In this document: positions 1-11,457 of the stretch, in pieces
Position numbering within the stretch: position 1 is the stretch's first letter
Layout: each line of letters begins with the position of its first letter
IMG/VR virus record: IMGVR_UViG_637000207_000006
Direction: 5' to 3' (one strand)
DNA from: a virus
DNA: 64,000 nt
Made by a program: the position numbers and the translations under genes
The notes under the pieces: model-generated
Told to the model about the DNA's origin: nothing
The model's database searches: none
Seen by the model: the letters and a program-made list of their open reading frames with translations, nothing else

Positions 1-1648
1 ACACAGCATACTGATTGCCTCCCGATTCCGTCATGGCAACACTACGTAACAAACCCTCCGGTAACCCGAACTGCTGCTCAAGTTGTGCTAATTTTGGTGA
101 TAGCCAACCCAGTAATTTCATGCCGGTAGTGTTCGGTGACATTTCAGCGGCTGCGACTTGAGGAACGAGCGAATCAATCAGTTTATTAATTGAATCGGTC
201 AGCTTATCTAACGCGGCTTTTAACCAATTATTGCTGTATTCTAGCCGCTGTTGTCGTTCATCCTCGGCCCGAATGATACGGTCATTTTCGCTGCGCTTTT
301 CTTCCTTTTTGACCTCTTTGACTACGGTCGTATCTGGCTTAGAGGTTTTACCATCCAGTTTTGCCTGATAGGCTTCATACTCTTTTTTACTAAAAAAGGG
401 TGTCCAGTCGCTTGCCAGATACAATCCATATGAATCAAGTGTATTTTTTGTCTCTTCCCCAACAATCGAAGTCGCAACTGACTCCACAGGATCATATAAC
501 GCATATGTGATAGCGCCATATATTCCGGCTTTCCCGGCAATCCCTTTTCCCGGTAACCCGCCGCCTTTCCCCATTTTCAGCATGGACGAAGCCACGCGAT
601 AAATTCCCCATAACCACCCCGCAAACTTCAACCCGATCAGACCAATGATGACATTACCCCAACCGCCTACCGCATCTGCGGCCTGATTAGCGACTGAAAT
701 AATAAAACTCATCTTATCGAGAAAACCACTGACCGCTTTTTTAATCTCTTCTGGGTGCTTATTCATCCAATCAGCTAGGTTTTTTAGCCAGATATTGAAA
801 TCATTGATATATGGTAAAAGGGCATTAAACAGAATGTAGCCTGTTTTCTCAAAACTCTGGCTTATCTCTGTCCACTGTTCACGAAAACGACGCGCGGCGG
901 CAACAGATTTATCATCCACACCCGAATTAGCTGTAAATTTATCCACATCTTTGAGTACGTGACCGGATGAGAACCACTGTTGCGCGGCGTACCCGACCCC
1001 AAGTTCACCACCGTAAGCTTGCTGTTGATCTTTATTAAGTCTGGGAAAAACACCGCTCAGCTTACGCATGATAGATTCGGTGCTTTCTGAGGCAATATCA
1101 ATATCGACACCCGCTTGTGATGCCGTTTTTAACAGCGTCTCAAGAGCCGGATCAAGCGCAACACCTGATTTTAGTCGGGCTTTAGCATCATTAATGCGTG
1201 AAAATGCCCCCACAATCTCATTTGCGCTGACACCAAATGCTTGACCTGCTTTTGTCCAGCCATCAAGCGCTTTAGCCGACATGCCGAACGCATCAGCGGC
1301 AGTACTTAACTGATTGAGATTGCCGGCAAAACTGGTCACAAAACTTTTCAGTCCACCGAGTGAGACCGTGACACCCGCCAAAGCCAAGATCTGACTCTTT
1401 ATGCTGGAAAAGAAAGAGGAAGCTTTCTTTCCTGCCGCCTCCATTTCTTTTGCCACTTTTTCGGTTTTCTTACCGGTTTTGTCTAATGATTTGCTGGTTT
1501 TCTTTTCACCATCATTAAACGAGTCAATCAGTTTTTGCATAACCTGAGCCAACCCACCGATCCCGGCAATCACTGCGGTTTCACCTGCGCTAAATTCAGC
1601 CGCATCAAGCCCCAGCGTTATAACAAGTTCATCTATAATGTTTGCCAT
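1..1648 (-). CDS. Tape measure protein with lytic transglycosylase (SLT) domain, 3' end runs off the window
   Basis: Hand translation from ATG 1648 (MANIIDELVITLGLD...) stays open to position 1 and ends in LEQQFGLPEGLLRSVAMTESGGNQYAV, an SLT catalytic-Glu motif. It is absent from the ORF track because its stop lies outside the window. Confidence 0.9.
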   Translation of the reverse strand, partial: MANIIDELVITLGLDAAEFSAGETAVIAGIGGLAQVMQKLIDSFNDGEKKTSKSLDKTGKKTEKVAKEMEAAGKKASSFFSSIKSQILALAGVTVSLGGLKSFVTSFAGNLNQLSTAADAFGMSAKALDGWTKAGQAFGVSANEIVGAFSRINDAKARLKSGVALDPALETLLKTASQAGVDIDIASESTESIMRKLSGVFPRLNKDQQQAYGGELGVGYAAQQWFSSGHVLKDVDKFTANSGVDDKSVAAARRFREQWTEISQSFEKTGYILFNALLPYINDFNIWLKNLADWMNKHPEEIKKAVSGFLDKMSFIISVANQAADAVGGWGNVIIGLIGLKFAGWLWGIYRVASSMLKMGKGGGLPGKGIAGKAGIYGAITYALYDPVESVATSIVGEETKNTLDSYGLYLASDWTPFFSKKEYEAYQAKLDGKTSKPDTTVVKEVKKEEKRSENDRIIRAEDERQQRLEYSNNWLKAALDKLTDSINKLIDSLVPQVAAAEMSPNTTGMKLLGWLSPKLAQLEQQFGLPEGLLRSVAMTESGGNQYAV

Positions 1649-1884
1649 CAGTTTTTACCCTGCTGTAAAACGTAAGCATTGTGATTATCGACCTGAATAA
1701 TCTCTATTAACTGCCAAAGGTCCTCCACGCCATAAACTGTATCCAGCTCATGGAGCGTTGCCTTTCCTGATGAGATAACGGTCGCTATTGTGCCTGGGAC
1801 ATTTGTATAACTGATGATACCGAATGGCTTTGAGATGCTGGAATAGCGCGGCGGGATTACGATTGGTCGGCGGTTTTGAAAAAA
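1648..1884 (-). CDS. -1 frameshift extension of the tail assembly chaperone (gpGT-like)
   Basis: Slippery T TTT TTC at 1884-1878 near the end of the chaperone ORF. The -1 frame is open (…YTNVPGTIATVISSGKATLHELDTVYGVEDLWQLIEIIQVDNHNAYVLQQGKN) to a TGA overlapping the tape measure ATG. Confidence 0.8.
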   Translation of the reverse strand, partial: FFQNRRPIVIPPRYSSISKPFGIISYTNVPGTIATVISSGKATLHELDTVYGVEDLWQLIEIIQVDNHNAYVLQQGKN

Positions 1885-2264
1885 TCCACGTGTAACTTAA
1901 GCACCTCTGCACGTAATTTCAGCCGGGTAACAATTTCTTCAATGTCACTGTCGATCAGCTCGCGTTTGATTTTTTTATCTACCTGATTCGGAACCATCTG
2001 CACACAACCCATCAGTTCATCAAGTAGTGGCCTGGCTTCATCAGGAGCAATGCGAGAAATTGCTTTCAATCCAACCACCGCTAATGCAGCCATGCCCAAA
2101 TCCCGAAAATTATCGGGGATAGACAACCCCTCTCTCCCCATTGCCATCAATGCACGAATAGCCCACCATTCAGCCTGCGAAGCGGGCATTTCCTGAATGT
2201 AAAAAAGCTTTCCTTTGTCGCGATTATCATCATTCATAGTGATGAAGGTTTCTTTACGTGCCAT
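1857..2264 (-). CDS. Tail assembly chaperone (gpG-like)
   Basis: 135 aa ORF between tube and tape measure genes, with a slippery site near its end. Confidence 0.8.
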   Translation of the reverse strand: MARKETFITMNDDNRDKGKLFYIQEMPASQAEWWAIRALMAMGREGLSIPDNFRDLGMAALAVVGLKAISRIAPDEARPLLDELMGCVQMVPNQVDKKIKRELIDSDIEEIVTRLKLRAEVLKLHVDFFKTADQS

Positions 2265-2701
2265 TAGCTATATGCCTCACCTGTTATTGATTCCCACTCA
2301 ATGACGGCCTGCGCCGCTTGTAAAACCTTTCCTGCGTCCGGCATGGTTTTCCATTGCTTCAGAACGCCGTTCACCAATGTGTATTTACGCCCGATGGCTG
2401 GAAGAATAACCGTCGCATTACATCTGAACACCGAGACGCTAGTACGTGATGTCGTTGCCCAGGTATCAAAAATGGTGCGACTTTCCGAATCAGGCATAAT
2501 ATGAATCGTCTGATTGATATTGCCGTAGATAAAACCCGCTGACAGTTTACCGTCCGCCCCACGTACCGTTTCAGCCAAATCCAACGCCTCAGTTTCGAAA
2601 ATGTTGTCGGCAGCAAATCCCTGTAATTGCACACCAGACGGGTATAAATTGGTCACAGTCAGGGTAATTACCGCATCAGCAGAAGTGATTGTGTCTGACA
2701 T
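2264..2701 (-). CDS. Tail tube protein
   Basis: Follows the sheath gene. Likely start is ATG 2701 ([14 protein letters not shown]), 145 aa, with a GADGKLSAG motif typical of tubes in DUF3383-type phages. Confidence 0.8.
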   Translation of the reverse strand: MSDTITSADAVITLTVTNLYPSGVQLQGFAADNIFETEALDLAETVRGADGKLSAGFIYGNINQTIHIMPDSESRTIFDTWATTSRTSVSVFRCNATVILPAIGRKYTLVNGVLKQWKTMPDAGKVLQAAQAVIEWESITGEAYS

Positions 2702-4188
2702 TATTGAACCTCCGTAGATGCCATTTCGAATTTCTGAATACTGCCACCGTCGCAATACCACAGTGTACAGCTTGGGCTGGTGCGATTTGCACGCATAGAG
2801 GCAGACATTTCCCCAATATACAAGTAATAACCCTTCGCGATTATTGACGTTGAAACATCAGATCCCACAGCGTTAATAATTTCCAGTTTTTGTGCAGCCG
2901 ATAATGTTACGCCTGCTCGGATACCGCCCCACAACTTAAACCGCTGGATAACATCACTCATTGAGGCTTCCACCAGCGCACGGCCAGCCGTGTTATAAGG
3001 GATAGTCTTGTTGGATTTGAACAAGGCAATAACCGCGCCTTGCAAGTTCGCATTCAGCCAGATTTGACCACAGAAGGAATCTAGCCACTTAAAATCACCG
3101 GTTATTGTGCCATCAGCCCAATAATTTTCGGTGATATTATTGGCGGCATAATTGCCATAGAAGTTATACCCATTAGCAATCAGCGCATCATAAACATCAG
3201 AATCGATCACATCAGGACTGAGGCCGCTCAATTCTCTGAATTTAAACGGAACACGCCCCTCAGTTCGCTCAAAATCCAGCACCGCCGCATAACCCAATAC
3301 TGCTGCCGGTTTCATATTATCAGAGCAGAAAACAGGAACGACACTCCCGTAGCTGTGAATGCCAATAATTTTATGGGCGATAGTTTCCTGACTGCCTTTC
3401 ACTTTTGCCGTGCCGCTTGTTGTCCAGGCAACATAGAAATAGCGATATACCTGACTACTAGCCCACGCGGATAATGCAAGATGCTGTTCATCTGTACATT
3501 CAAATACCGTCGTAAAACATGCCCATTGCTGAGACTGCGTTTTAATCACAGCGAATAGATCAGGAACCGCCGACACTGTAGCCCCCTGAGAAACCGTTGC
3601 CCCTAGTGCGCCAGTGAACTTAAGAGCCTCGGCCCCATCACCAGTACCATAGGTGATATTTGTATCTTCCGGTTTAATGCTGCCAGAGGCAACATTGATG
3701 ATAAAAGCTTTACGGGTGGTATCGAACACAACCGTTACCGCCTTGCCAATCACTGTTTCAATGCTCTTTGCTGCATCCGCAAAGGATTTAACCCCATCAA
3801 GATTGATTGCGGCGTTTATTGCTGTACCATTGATATTGAGTTTCAATGTACCGGACATTTTTTGCAGATCGGTAATAGCTACCTCATTAAAAGAACCTGA
3901 ACGTAACCAGGCCGATACTGCCGCTCGATTAAATCGGGAAAACAGCAATTGACCGGGCGTCTTTGTACAATTGTTGTACCCTGAAAAATAAATAGCCGCC
4001 ATGCTATATTCTTCGGATGCACCACCGAAATATGCCGCCACATCCTCTTTAGTCGAGAACGACAACACCACACCAACAGGTGCATATATATTATCTGTCA
4101 GTAATAATCCATTGAGATCAACAGCATTACCCACTGCCGACAGCACCCCCGGATTAATTCTCACGTCTTTACTGATTGGAATTGCCAT
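2701..4188 (-). CDS. Tail sheath protein (DUF3383 family)
   Basis: 495 aa; N-terminal [20 protein letters not shown] and C-terminal WYCDGGSIQ are typical of this family. Confidence 0.88.
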   Translation of the reverse strand: MAIPISKDVRINPGVLSAVGNAVDLNGLLLTDNIYAPVGVVLSFSTKEDVAAYFGGASEEYSMAAIYFSGYNNCTKTPGQLLFSRFNRAAVSAWLRSGSFNEVAITDLQKMSGTLKLNINGTAINAAINLDGVKSFADAAKSIETVIGKAVTVVFDTTRKAFIINVASGSIKPEDTNITYGTGDGAEALKFTGALGATVSQGATVSAVPDLFAVIKTQSQQWACFTTVFECTDEQHLALSAWASSQVYRYFYVAWTTSGTAKVKGSQETIAHKIIGIHSYGSVVPVFCSDNMKPAAVLGYAAVLDFERTEGRVPFKFRELSGLSPDVIDSDVYDALIANGYNFYGNYAANNITENYWADGTITGDFKWLDSFCGQIWLNANLQGAVIALFKSNKTIPYNTAGRALVEASMSDVIQRFKLWGGIRAGVTLSAAQKLEIINAVGSDVSTSIIAKGYYLYIGEMSASMRANRTSPSCTLWYCDGGSIQKFEMASTEVQ

Positions 4189-4711
4189 GAATAGACTCCA
4201 CTGTTTTAGTGTTCAGCGTAATACTGTCAAAAAATAGTTGTTCTGTTGTCACAACAGGGTTGATTTGAGCAGTAAATTCAAATGTCCAACGCGACTCATA
4301 TTGCTGTTCACCATTAATCATCGTCGTCTGAATCGGGTCGCTGGCATAAAGTGGTGCCATATCGATACCTGATCTCTTGAATAGCTCAATCGCATATTCA
4401 GTGCGCACCGTCGTTGCAATAATGTGAGCATCCTCATGAGCGAACTGACCGTAACAGTCAATTTGACATGTCCAGCGTGTCGTCCGAGTGATTAGACTTT
4501 TTCCCATACCTGCCGCTGTTGGTGCGTTATAGATCACTACACTTGTTGATAAACCCGTGCTGTTCAATGGTGTCATAACAATAAAATCGCCATCTGACAT
4601 CGGTGAGCGATTTATCTGAGACAAAATAACGCTACGCCTGGGTATTAAGGCCATTAAAAAACCGCGTAATGCGGTTGTTATATCGTCTTGCGTTACACTT
4701 ATCGTCACCAC
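4169..4711 (-). CDS. Tail terminator / neck protein
   Basis: Immediately before the sheath gene. Probable GTG start at 4711 overlaps the upstream stop; the track ORF begins at 4789. Confidence 0.65.
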   Translation of the reverse strand: MVTISVTQDDITTALRGFLMALIPRRSVILSQINRSPMSDGDFIVMTPLNSTGLSTSVVIYNAPTAAGMGKSLITRTTRWTCQIDCYGQFAHEDAHIIATTVRTEYAIELFKRSGIDMAPLYASDPIQTTMINGEQQYESRWTFEFTAQINPVVTTEQLFFDSITLNTKTVESIHGNSNQ

Positions 4712-5082
4712 TATTGTTCCCCACGCTGCAATGTAACAGCGAATTTGCACCAATTCGGCCACTCTTCCAAAATCTGCACTATCAACCACTCTTCACCATT
4801 AATAATCAACAGATCACCCCCTTGCTGTCTGGGGCGGTTGACGGCATTAAAATTGCCATTCACATAAGCCGCTTTGAGCATGCCCTGAATATTCAAGCCG
4901 TTCGTATGTTGTAGATCAGTAAAAGTCAGTGGCTGGATTTGTGCGGTAACGGGTGTTGTAATGTAGCGCGGGACTTGCTTACCACTGGGTGCAATATCAT
5001 ATCCCACACTTACCCGTATCTCTCCAGGTGAGTGAGGATTAACAACCCCAACAGCACCAGATACAATATTGTGCAGGTTCAT
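4711..5082 (-). CDS. Head-closure / head-tail joining protein
   Basis: 123 aa, MNLHNIVSGAVGVVNP, in the neck gene cluster. Confidence 0.6.
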   Translation of the reverse strand: MNLHNIVSGAVGVVNPHSPGEIRVSVGYDIAPSGKQVPRYITTPVTAQIQPLTFTDLQHTNGLNIQGMLKAAYVNGNFNAVNRPRQQGGDLLIINGEEWLIVQILEEWPNWCKFAVTLQRGEQ

Positions 5083-5537
5083 TCGTTCCCCTCATCAATC
5101 ACATAATCAACACTGTTCAGCATGTGTTTGGTGTGACGTAGCGGCGCATCAAATCCCTTTTTAGCTATAGTGGATTTTTTATTAGCCGGTGAAGTGAAAG
5201 AACGAATAGATTGTTGAATTTGCCCCTTGATAACTTCCCCGGTCATCCGTAACGCTGCATCCCCATTCATATCGTTAGCACTCAGGCCCTGTGCAAGCAC
5301 ATCACCCCATTCATTAGCATGTTCGTTGATAGTGTTACGAAAAAACGGACGGGGTCGCCTATTACGCCTCGGATCGCCAATCTCGTTACTAATTGCCACC
5401 ATTGCAACTGAGGTGCCATCGGGATAAGTCGCGTCTTTGAAAAAACCAACCCGCAATTTTTGGCCTTCACCCACTCTTTTAGCTAATTGCTTTAAGTAGC
5501 GTTTTGCTGCATCACCGCCCTTGATACTGTTCGACAT
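5079..5537 (-). CDS. Tail completion protein (HK97 gp10-like)
   Basis: LRVGFFKDATYPDG...RPRPFFR...KKGFDAPLRHT motifs; start at ATG 5537. Confidence 0.65.
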   Translation of the reverse strand: MSNSIKGGDAAKRYLKQLAKRVGEGQKLRVGFFKDATYPDGTSVAMVAISNEIGDPRRNRRPRPFFRNTINEHANEWGDVLAQGLSANDMNGDAALRMTGEVIKGQIQQSIRSFTSPANKKSTIAKKGFDAPLRHTKHMLNSVDYVIDEGNE

Positions 5538-5986
5538 TAGCGCCTCCATTGAGTCCGTGGATAGTAATATGACGGATAGTGAGAGGGAGAGCTGCCGGGG
5601 ACGTAACGCATAATTCTATATTGCGCTGTTGCCTGCCAGTACATAGCCCCGTATTTTGTCTGCAAGAACCAAGCAGCACGTTCACTCACAACGCCCATAT
5701 CAGCCGAAACGGAAACAGATCCCTCACTTGCGCTGCTAACCCGCCCCACGAGCGGATTGGCCGCTGTTCCGCTAACAGATAAACGATTAAGTTCGGCAAT
5801 ATGAGCAACAAGCATATTCAACAACAGTATTCGTTGTTCAAGATCACTAACTGGGCTTTGGGCCGTATTGTTAAGATAGAGTGTTGCTTCAATAAAATAG
5901 GTATCCAGCAGGACATCACTGATAGAAGAAAACTCCGGGTAACGAGTGCGAAATTTCACGACATCAAAAACGACAACAAAGCCCAT
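5537..5986 (-). CDS. Head-tail adaptor (DUF4054 family)
   Basis: FRTRYPEF...LVAHIAEL...[14 protein letters not shown]...[12 protein letters not shown] motifs. Confidence 0.8.
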   Translation of the reverse strand: MGFVVVFDVVKFRTRYPEFSSISDVLLDTYFIEATLYLNNTAQSPVSDLEQRILLLNMLVAHIAELNRLSVSGTAANPLVGRVSSASEGSVSVSADMGVVSERAAWFLQTKYGAMYWQATAQYRIMRYVPGSSPSHYPSYYYPRTQWRR

Positions 5987-5990
5987 TAGC

Positions 5991-6317
5991 TTAATCCTCT
6001 TCTTTTCGCTGCTCGATATTTTTACCCGGTTTTTGGGGATCGATAGGCTCTAACCCGTTCTTTAACCCGGCTTTTTCCTCAGCTTCCGTCCGAGCCTCTT
6101 TGAGTTTTTCTTGGGCAAAAATAAGCCCATTTTTGACTAATTCCGTATCTGCATAGAGTTCCAGATATTTGTCAAAAAACGCTTTATCAACATCATATGT
6201 CAGCCCATAACCACCAATAATTGTTGATGAATTTATCCCGTTTAGCGTCACGCGATTCCCATCAATTTCAATCGTTAACCCGTGAGGCAATTTACACCCC
6301 ACAATGACTGTCACCAT
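5991..6317 (-). CDS. Conserved phage protein after the major capsid gene
   Basis: 108 aa, VGCKLPHGL...GGYGLT motif, tightly packed in the head operon. Confidence 0.7.
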   Translation of the reverse strand: MVTVIVGCKLPHGLTIEIDGNRVTLNGINSSTIIGGYGLTYDVDKAFFDKYLELYADTELVKNGLIFAQEKLKEARTEAEEKAGLKNGLEPIDPQKPGKNIEQRKEED

Positions 6318-7352
6318 TTAAACCCCCAACATTTGTGCAATAGCGTGTGGATAACGAATAATCGCACCCCACGTACCGGCTGATTTCTTTTGTTTAAAAC
6401 TGGATGAGCTCACAACAACCGCGTGTGCCCGCATTTTTTCAGTAAATGAGGCATAAGCCGTTTTTTCACCATCAAGCGTATCAGCAATCAATTGAACCAG
6501 TTCCCCCGCTTCCGTACTGTATTCAACCGCCGTTTCAATCGTCAGATTCGGAAAATTCTTTTTCAATTGATCGGTAACATTAACGTTGTACTGGTTAGTT
6601 TTTGTCAGATTAACTTCCGCTGTTGGCGACATGCAAAGTTTCAATGGCTCTGTTCGTTCCACCAACCCTTCTGTTTGTTTTGTAAGCTGCTTAAATAGGC
6701 GTTGGGAAATATCGTCATAAATTGCCTGCCCGTCTTTGGTTTCCCACGTTGTACCATTGGATTTTCCGTTTGCAGCCGGTACCACCGGTGCGCTTAACCC
6801 CGGATCATTCAACAGTCCATAGTTTTTAAGCCCCGCAATACCATAGAAATAAGACTTGTTCATAAACTTGTTTAGGGTTAATGCGCTTGCGGTGTTAAGT
6901 TGCGCTGCTCGATTGATACGGGCCGTACCGTACATATCCAGCTCACGCTCCCCCCAGACAGTAAATGTTTGGAAATGATAGCTCTGGCGTTCCACCCAAT
7001 TCACGTTAGCATCTGACATGCCGTTATTGCTGTGATCACCGTATGAGCTCACTTCACCCGTTGATTCTTCAACCGGGAACTGGGTTGTCAGCGTTGTCCA
7101 GTCACCTTTTTTATTTTCACCGATAATTTCAGCCGCTCTCATCGGCGTGACCAACACACGAACCAGCTCAGGATCGAGATAGTTAGTCAGATACGCAGGA
7201 ACACCGGCATTACTCACAGTCACCATAGCTGGCTGTGCATCCATAGCTAACGTATAGTTACGAGCATATTGGGGATTTAAGTAATCGACGGCCTGTGGTA
7301 CTACAATGCCGTATTCCCCTTCAATATATTGAAAATCTGTGTGTCGTTTCAT
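6318..7352 (-). CDS. Major capsid protein (DUF2184 family)
   Basis: 344 aa, position and sequence ([17 protein letters not shown]) of DUF2184/encapsulin-like capsids. Confidence 0.88.
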   Translation of the reverse strand: MKRHTDFQYIEGEYGIVVPQAVDYLNPQYARNYTLAMDAQPAMVTVSNAGVPAYLTNYLDPELVRVLVTPMRAAEIIGENKKGDWTTLTTQFPVEESTGEVSSYGDHSNNGMSDANVNWVERQSYHFQTFTVWGERELDMYGTARINRAAQLNTASALTLNKFMNKSYFYGIAGLKNYGLLNDPGLSAPVVPAANGKSNGTTWETKDGQAIYDDISQRLFKQLTKQTEGLVERTEPLKLCMSPTAEVNLTKTNQYNVNVTDQLKKNFPNLTIETAVEYSTEAGELVQLIADTLDGEKTAYASFTEKMRAHAVVVSSSSFKQKKSAGTWGAIIRYPHAIAQMLGV

Positions 7353-7828
7353 TAGCTCCAGGTCCCCATTTTGACTAATTCACTCTCACCAGCAGCAGTA
7401 CCGGCAACGAATTTAGTTTCGATAAAATCAGTGATAGTTTTTCCCGCTGCGGCGGCCTGCACCTCACCCGTTTTTAAGGATGCGTAAATCTTATCCCCAA
7501 CTTTTGCGGGAGTGCTTGTTCGTACCGTAAAATCACCCGCAGTAAATAAAGTGACTTCACGTCCGGGTTGGATCAGCATGGATGCTTCTCCCAACCAAAG
7601 AGTGATAGACGCTTGTCCGTCACGCCCCACAAAACCAGACGGTGCACCCGCCCCCTTGTTCGAAACAACACCATCAATCACCCAGGCAAAACGCCCAACA
7701 GTTACTCCATCGTTACCCGCAATCAGCGTGCCGTCCCTTGCTAACAAAGTGGCGCTAGGGTTAGTACTGGCAAATGCTCCCTCAATGCCGGGGGCTGGAT
7801 AGTGATTAATTTTGTTCGGAAAACCCAT
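7352..7828 (-). CDS. Head decoration / cement protein
   Basis: 158 aa Gly/Ala-rich ORF between protease-scaffold and capsid genes. Confidence 0.7.
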   Translation of the reverse strand: MGFPNKINHYPAPGIEGAFASTNPSATLLARDGTLIAGNDGVTVGRFAWVIDGVVSNKGAGAPSGFVGRDGQASITLWLGEASMLIQPGREVTLFTAGDFTVRTSTPAKVGDKIYASLKTGEVQAAAAGKTITDFIETKFVAGTAAGESELVKMGTWS

Positions 7829-7830
7829 AG

Positions 7831-9156
7831 TTAAATCCTCACTAATTTAGATGCGGTGGGAAAACGTTTTTCAAAAGAATCTATAGCAGCAGAATCCATT
7901 GCTAGGTGGGCTTTAAGTTTTGCTGACTCTGCTATGCCGATCTGCATTTTCACTAAAGAGCGATAAGCGGACGGATGAACGCCGGTTGTATCAACACCCA
8001 CCTCATCAAGCGCAACCTTGTAAATTTCGTCAGCAGAATCCATTGCTACTACATCACCGATGAGGGGTTTAACCTCAGCCTCAGCAATGCGAATAGCATT
8101 AATGCGATTCACTGTGTCTTTTTCTGCCTTTCGAGTAGCTGCACGAATAGCAGCATCCATTGCGGGCTTACTGACGCTATCCTCTTCCTTTGGTTCTGGT
8201 TTATTATCGGGATCATCGTCTTGCGCGGGAGTGCCTGAAATTAACGCCCGGATTTTTGCCAAGTCTTCCTCTGGCAATTTACCCGCAAGCAGTTCAAGTA
8301 CTTGTGCACAGATATCATCGTCCTGCGCGGGTAACTCCGCAGGCTCCTGTGTCTCCGCATCATCAGCAACAGCTTCAATGATTGAGGCAAGCTCCGCTGA
8401 GTCGATTTCCATATCCTGAGCCAGAAGGGTACCGAATTTGTTTTTCGCCGCTTCCGCTATACTTTTCGCGCTACCACCCGCTTTCAGTAATGAGGCAATT
8501 TCTTTTGGTGCAGCATCTTGTGCTAATTTCGGCTGCAAGTATGCCCCCAGCGCCGCACGTACAGCGACAGCCACCATTTTTTTATTTAACTTCATGTGTT
8601 TTAACTCCAGAGGGAGGGAATCGCAGACAACAACATCTGCACCGACTCGCCCTTCTTCAACAAGAGCGACATGGTTCCCGACGATATCGCGCATAACGCC
8701 ATCATGATGAATGCCGTCATACATGCCGGGGGTCATATCAGCGACGTAGTGATACGCCGCTGACAATTCTTTTTGTTCATCCGATTCAATACCCGCTATG
8801 GATTCAGCATCCCAAATTGCCAGGCTGTTTTTCAGGTATGTACCATCGAACATGGAATCTGATCCCGTTGTACCGACAATCAATTCTGTTGAAGGTTTGG
8901 CCGCCGTGACGGGAATGTGTTTTTTCAATAACGGCAGGTTATTGAAAGTTGCAACCCCTTTCTCTAATTCATCAGGGGCACGCAACAGTTTGTAGATACG
9001 ATTAGGATCAAGCCTTAACCCTTGCCAGTTCGGGATTTCTCTTCCGTAATACGATGATACCGTCGCCTTAGAGATAGGACTTTCAGTAACATGCAAACGC
9101 CCATCTCTGTCGTATGAGCGTACAGAAGCCCGATCTAACGCCAGACCGTGATTCAT
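7831..9156 (-). CDS. Prohead protease-scaffold (DUF2213), with probable internal scaffold start at 8595
   Basis: LDRASVRSYDRDGRL...NHVALVEEGRVG motifs; in-frame ATG 8595 (MKLNKK) preceded by GGAG. Confidence 0.85.
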   Translation of the reverse strand: MNHGLALDRASVRSYDRDGRLHVTESPISKATVSSYYGREIPNWQGLRLDPNRIYKLLRAPDELEKGVATFNNLPLLKKHIPVTAAKPSTELIVGTTGSDSMFDGTYLKNSLAIWDAESIAGIESDEQKELSAAYHYVADMTPGMYDGIHHDGVMRDIVGNHVALVEEGRVGADVVVCDSLPLELKHMKLNKKMVAVAVRAALGAYLQPKLAQDAAPKEIASLLKAGGSAKSIAEAAKNKFGTLLAQDMEIDSAELASIIEAVADDAETQEPAELPAQDDDICAQVLELLAGKLPEEDLAKIRALISGTPAQDDDPDNKPEPKEEDSVSKPAMDAAIRAATRKAEKDTVNRINAIRIAEAEVKPLIGDVVAMDSADEIYKVALDEVGVDTTGVHPSAYRSLVKMQIGIAESAKLKAHLAMDSAAIDSFEKRFPTASKLVRI

Positions 9157-9173
9157 AATATTTCTCGGATTAA

Positions 9174-10046
9174 TTAATTGGTTAGTTTAGGAATGACGAC
9201 CTGCCAACCACACCCGCAATTGATTTCTTCACCAGGCATGATCCATTTTCCGTCAATATAAAGCCCTTTTGATAAATCGAACTCTTTACCATCCGCTTTC
9301 AAGTGTGATTGACGAAATTTTTTTGCTGCATGACTGTGCCGCCAGATACCCGTTTTAAAACCCATTGAACGCTGCCGGGCAGATTGCATAACAAAAGTCG
9401 CTTTGTTGTTCTGGTCACGAGCAATCAGGACTGCTCGGCGCTTAGTAATGTCGTAACGCTCTTGCAAGGCTTTTGTCAACGTTCCAAGATCACGCCCCCT
9501 TGCTACTGATTGCATCACTAGCGTTTCAACTTGGGATAAATATTGCCGTGGAATACTTTTAATCAACCCAACATTCTCACCAATGACCGTCTGTAGCGCG
9601 TTATTCATTTCTGTCGTCATCGTGAACGGTATCGAAATATGTGCCGCATCTAACGCATGATTTAACGAGGCATCCATGTTGTCCATTGATAAAGCCGCGA
9701 ATTTTTTCGCCAGCTTGTCAGCTAAAGCATCAAACTGCTTTAACCAACGCCGGGTTAATTTTCGCATTGCTGAACGCATCAACATCTCCGGGCTAACATC
9801 CATTGCCATTGCTGCACCGCTGTTCTTATAGTTGGCGGATACCCAGTAAATCACCGAGTTATTCATCTCATCCACCAGCTTATATAACTGCTTGCTGTAC
9901 CACACCCGAACACCGGCATTAGGTTTAATTTGTCGGAGTGTTTGAAGGGGATCAGATGATGTTTTCCGTGTTGCCCTCTTCTTCGATGTCGTCTTCTTTG
10001 TCGATTTCATCATTGATTTCCAGAGAGTGATACGGGCTGTTTTCAT
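9174..10046 (-). CDS. Minor head morphogenesis protein (SPP1 gp7 / Mu gpF-like)
   Basis: IARDQNNKA and C-terminal PGEEINCGC motifs. Confidence 0.85.
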   Translation of the reverse strand: MKTARITLWKSMMKSTKKTTSKKRATRKTSSDPLQTLRQIKPNAGVRVWYSKQLYKLVDEMNNSVIYWVSANYKNSGAAMAMDVSPEMLMRSAMRKLTRRWLKQFDALADKLAKKFAALSMDNMDASLNHALDAAHISIPFTMTTEMNNALQTVIGENVGLIKSIPRQYLSQVETLVMQSVARGRDLGTLTKALQERYDITKRRAVLIARDQNNKATFVMQSARQRSMGFKTGIWRHSHAAKKFRQSHLKADGKEFDLSKGLYIDGKWIMPGEEINCGCGWQVVIPKLTN

Positions 10047-11457
10047 CGTTGGCTAGACGTTCGCGAGCTTCATCTGTGCTAATCACATTTGCAGCAATTA
10101 ATACTGAATCAGTATCTGCATCGGTCTTACGTATGCTGGCTTTTTGTTCATCATTCATTTGATACAGCGGTTCGAATGTAAAGCTAATATCAGGATCAAT
10201 TTCGCCAAATTCGGATAATTGAATAATATCAATCATTCGTGCCAATCCATCTTTCACTAACATTTGCAAGGTAGCAATGAAGTCATAGAAAACACGGATT
10301 TCCCCATCAGATGACGCATTTAGCCCGCTTGGTGTGATACCTGTAAAAATCACTAACGGTATGCTACTGACTGAACTCATATGTTCCTGAGACTGGGCTT
10401 GCAGTGAATCAAGGCCACTTAGCGGTGTATTGAACTGGAAAAACTCCTCTTCGTTATCCAGCATCATTACCCCTCGGTTATCACGCATCTTGTTAAACAA
10501 TTCTGCACGATAAATTAACTGATCGGGATTCTTCGTCTGTCCTTGCAACGTCGATTGAAGATTGGTTTTAAATCCAGACACAGAGAATGAATGGATCAAA
10601 TCAGATACGCTATCACGTGTCCTATACCAGTTTTGTACATAAGACTCTGCAATCTGAGTCAGTGATAAGCCGCCGAAATTATACGCAGGTTTAAACATAT
10701 CGGTTAATGGCCGGGTGATAAATGTAATCAAACGACTGTCATGTACAGTTTTTGCCATCACATACCAACTTGACGGCTTATAGAAATCATTGCTCAACGG
10801 GTTGCTAGCGTTATAAATCCCCGGATATGTCCATATTGGCTCAATGACGTTAAAGCCAATAAGACTCCCCTTTGTGATTTTTTTGGGTGACAGAAATAAT
10901 CTAGACTCAAGTTCAACCGGATCGGTTGCAGCAAGCACGCCTCTTGACGTGCGAACATCAATGTAAATCTGACCTCGCCCAAAAAAACCATCATGTTCAA
11001 TGGCTTTTTTTAACCGTTCACGAACGTGGAATTTTTCAATAGCCTCATTAAGCGCTTTGATTTTATCTGATTTGTCATTATCCCCCACTGACGTTAGCTT
11101 TATCCACTTACGAGTCATCTCCCCTGCAATAGTGCCGACCATTTTCCGATATTCGGGTAATTGTGACAGTTGGGCCAGATAAGGATAACCGGGGAAACCC
11201 ACATCTCCCGATATACCACCTGTACCCGTCATATATTCATAAGGTGTAGAATCCATTGCCATTAATGCGGATAACTGTTCAGTAGGAACAACACCGGGAG
11301 GGGGCCTGTATGGTTCAACAGGCCGAGCTACTTTTCTCTCTGTTATCGATCCGACAGTATCCGGATGTATGTTCATTGGCTGAGGTGATGCTTGATCAAT
11401 ATCCTGTTCAACTGGCAAAACCTCCGCTTTCTTTTTATGTCTGAATTTGAAAAACAT
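9952..11457 (-). CDS. Portal protein (DUF1073 family)
   Basis: Follows terL; [20 protein letters not shown] motif; likely start ATG 11457 (track ORF starts at 11586). Confidence 0.88.
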   Translation of the reverse strand: MFFKFRHKKKAEVLPVEQDIDQASPQPMNIHPDTVGSITERKVARPVEPYRPPPGVVPTEQLSALMAMDSTPYEYMTGTGGISGDVGFPGYPYLAQLSQLPEYRKMVGTIAGEMTRKWIKLTSVGDNDKSDKIKALNEAIEKFHVRERLKKAIEHDGFFGRGQIYIDVRTSRGVLAATDPVELESRLFLSPKKITKGSLIGFNVIEPIWTYPGIYNASNPLSNDFYKPSSWYVMAKTVHDSRLITFITRPLTDMFKPAYNFGGLSLTQIAESYVQNWYRTRDSVSDLIHSFSVSGFKTNLQSTLQGQTKNPDQLIYRAELFNKMRDNRGVMMLDNEEEFFQFNTPLSGLDSLQAQSQEHMSSVSSIPLVIFTGITPSGLNASSDGEIRVFYDFIATLQMLVKDGLARMIDIIQLSEFGEIDPDISFTFEPLYQMNDEQKASIRKTDADTDSVLIAANVISTDEARERLANDENSPYHSLEINDEIDKEDDIEEEGNTENII

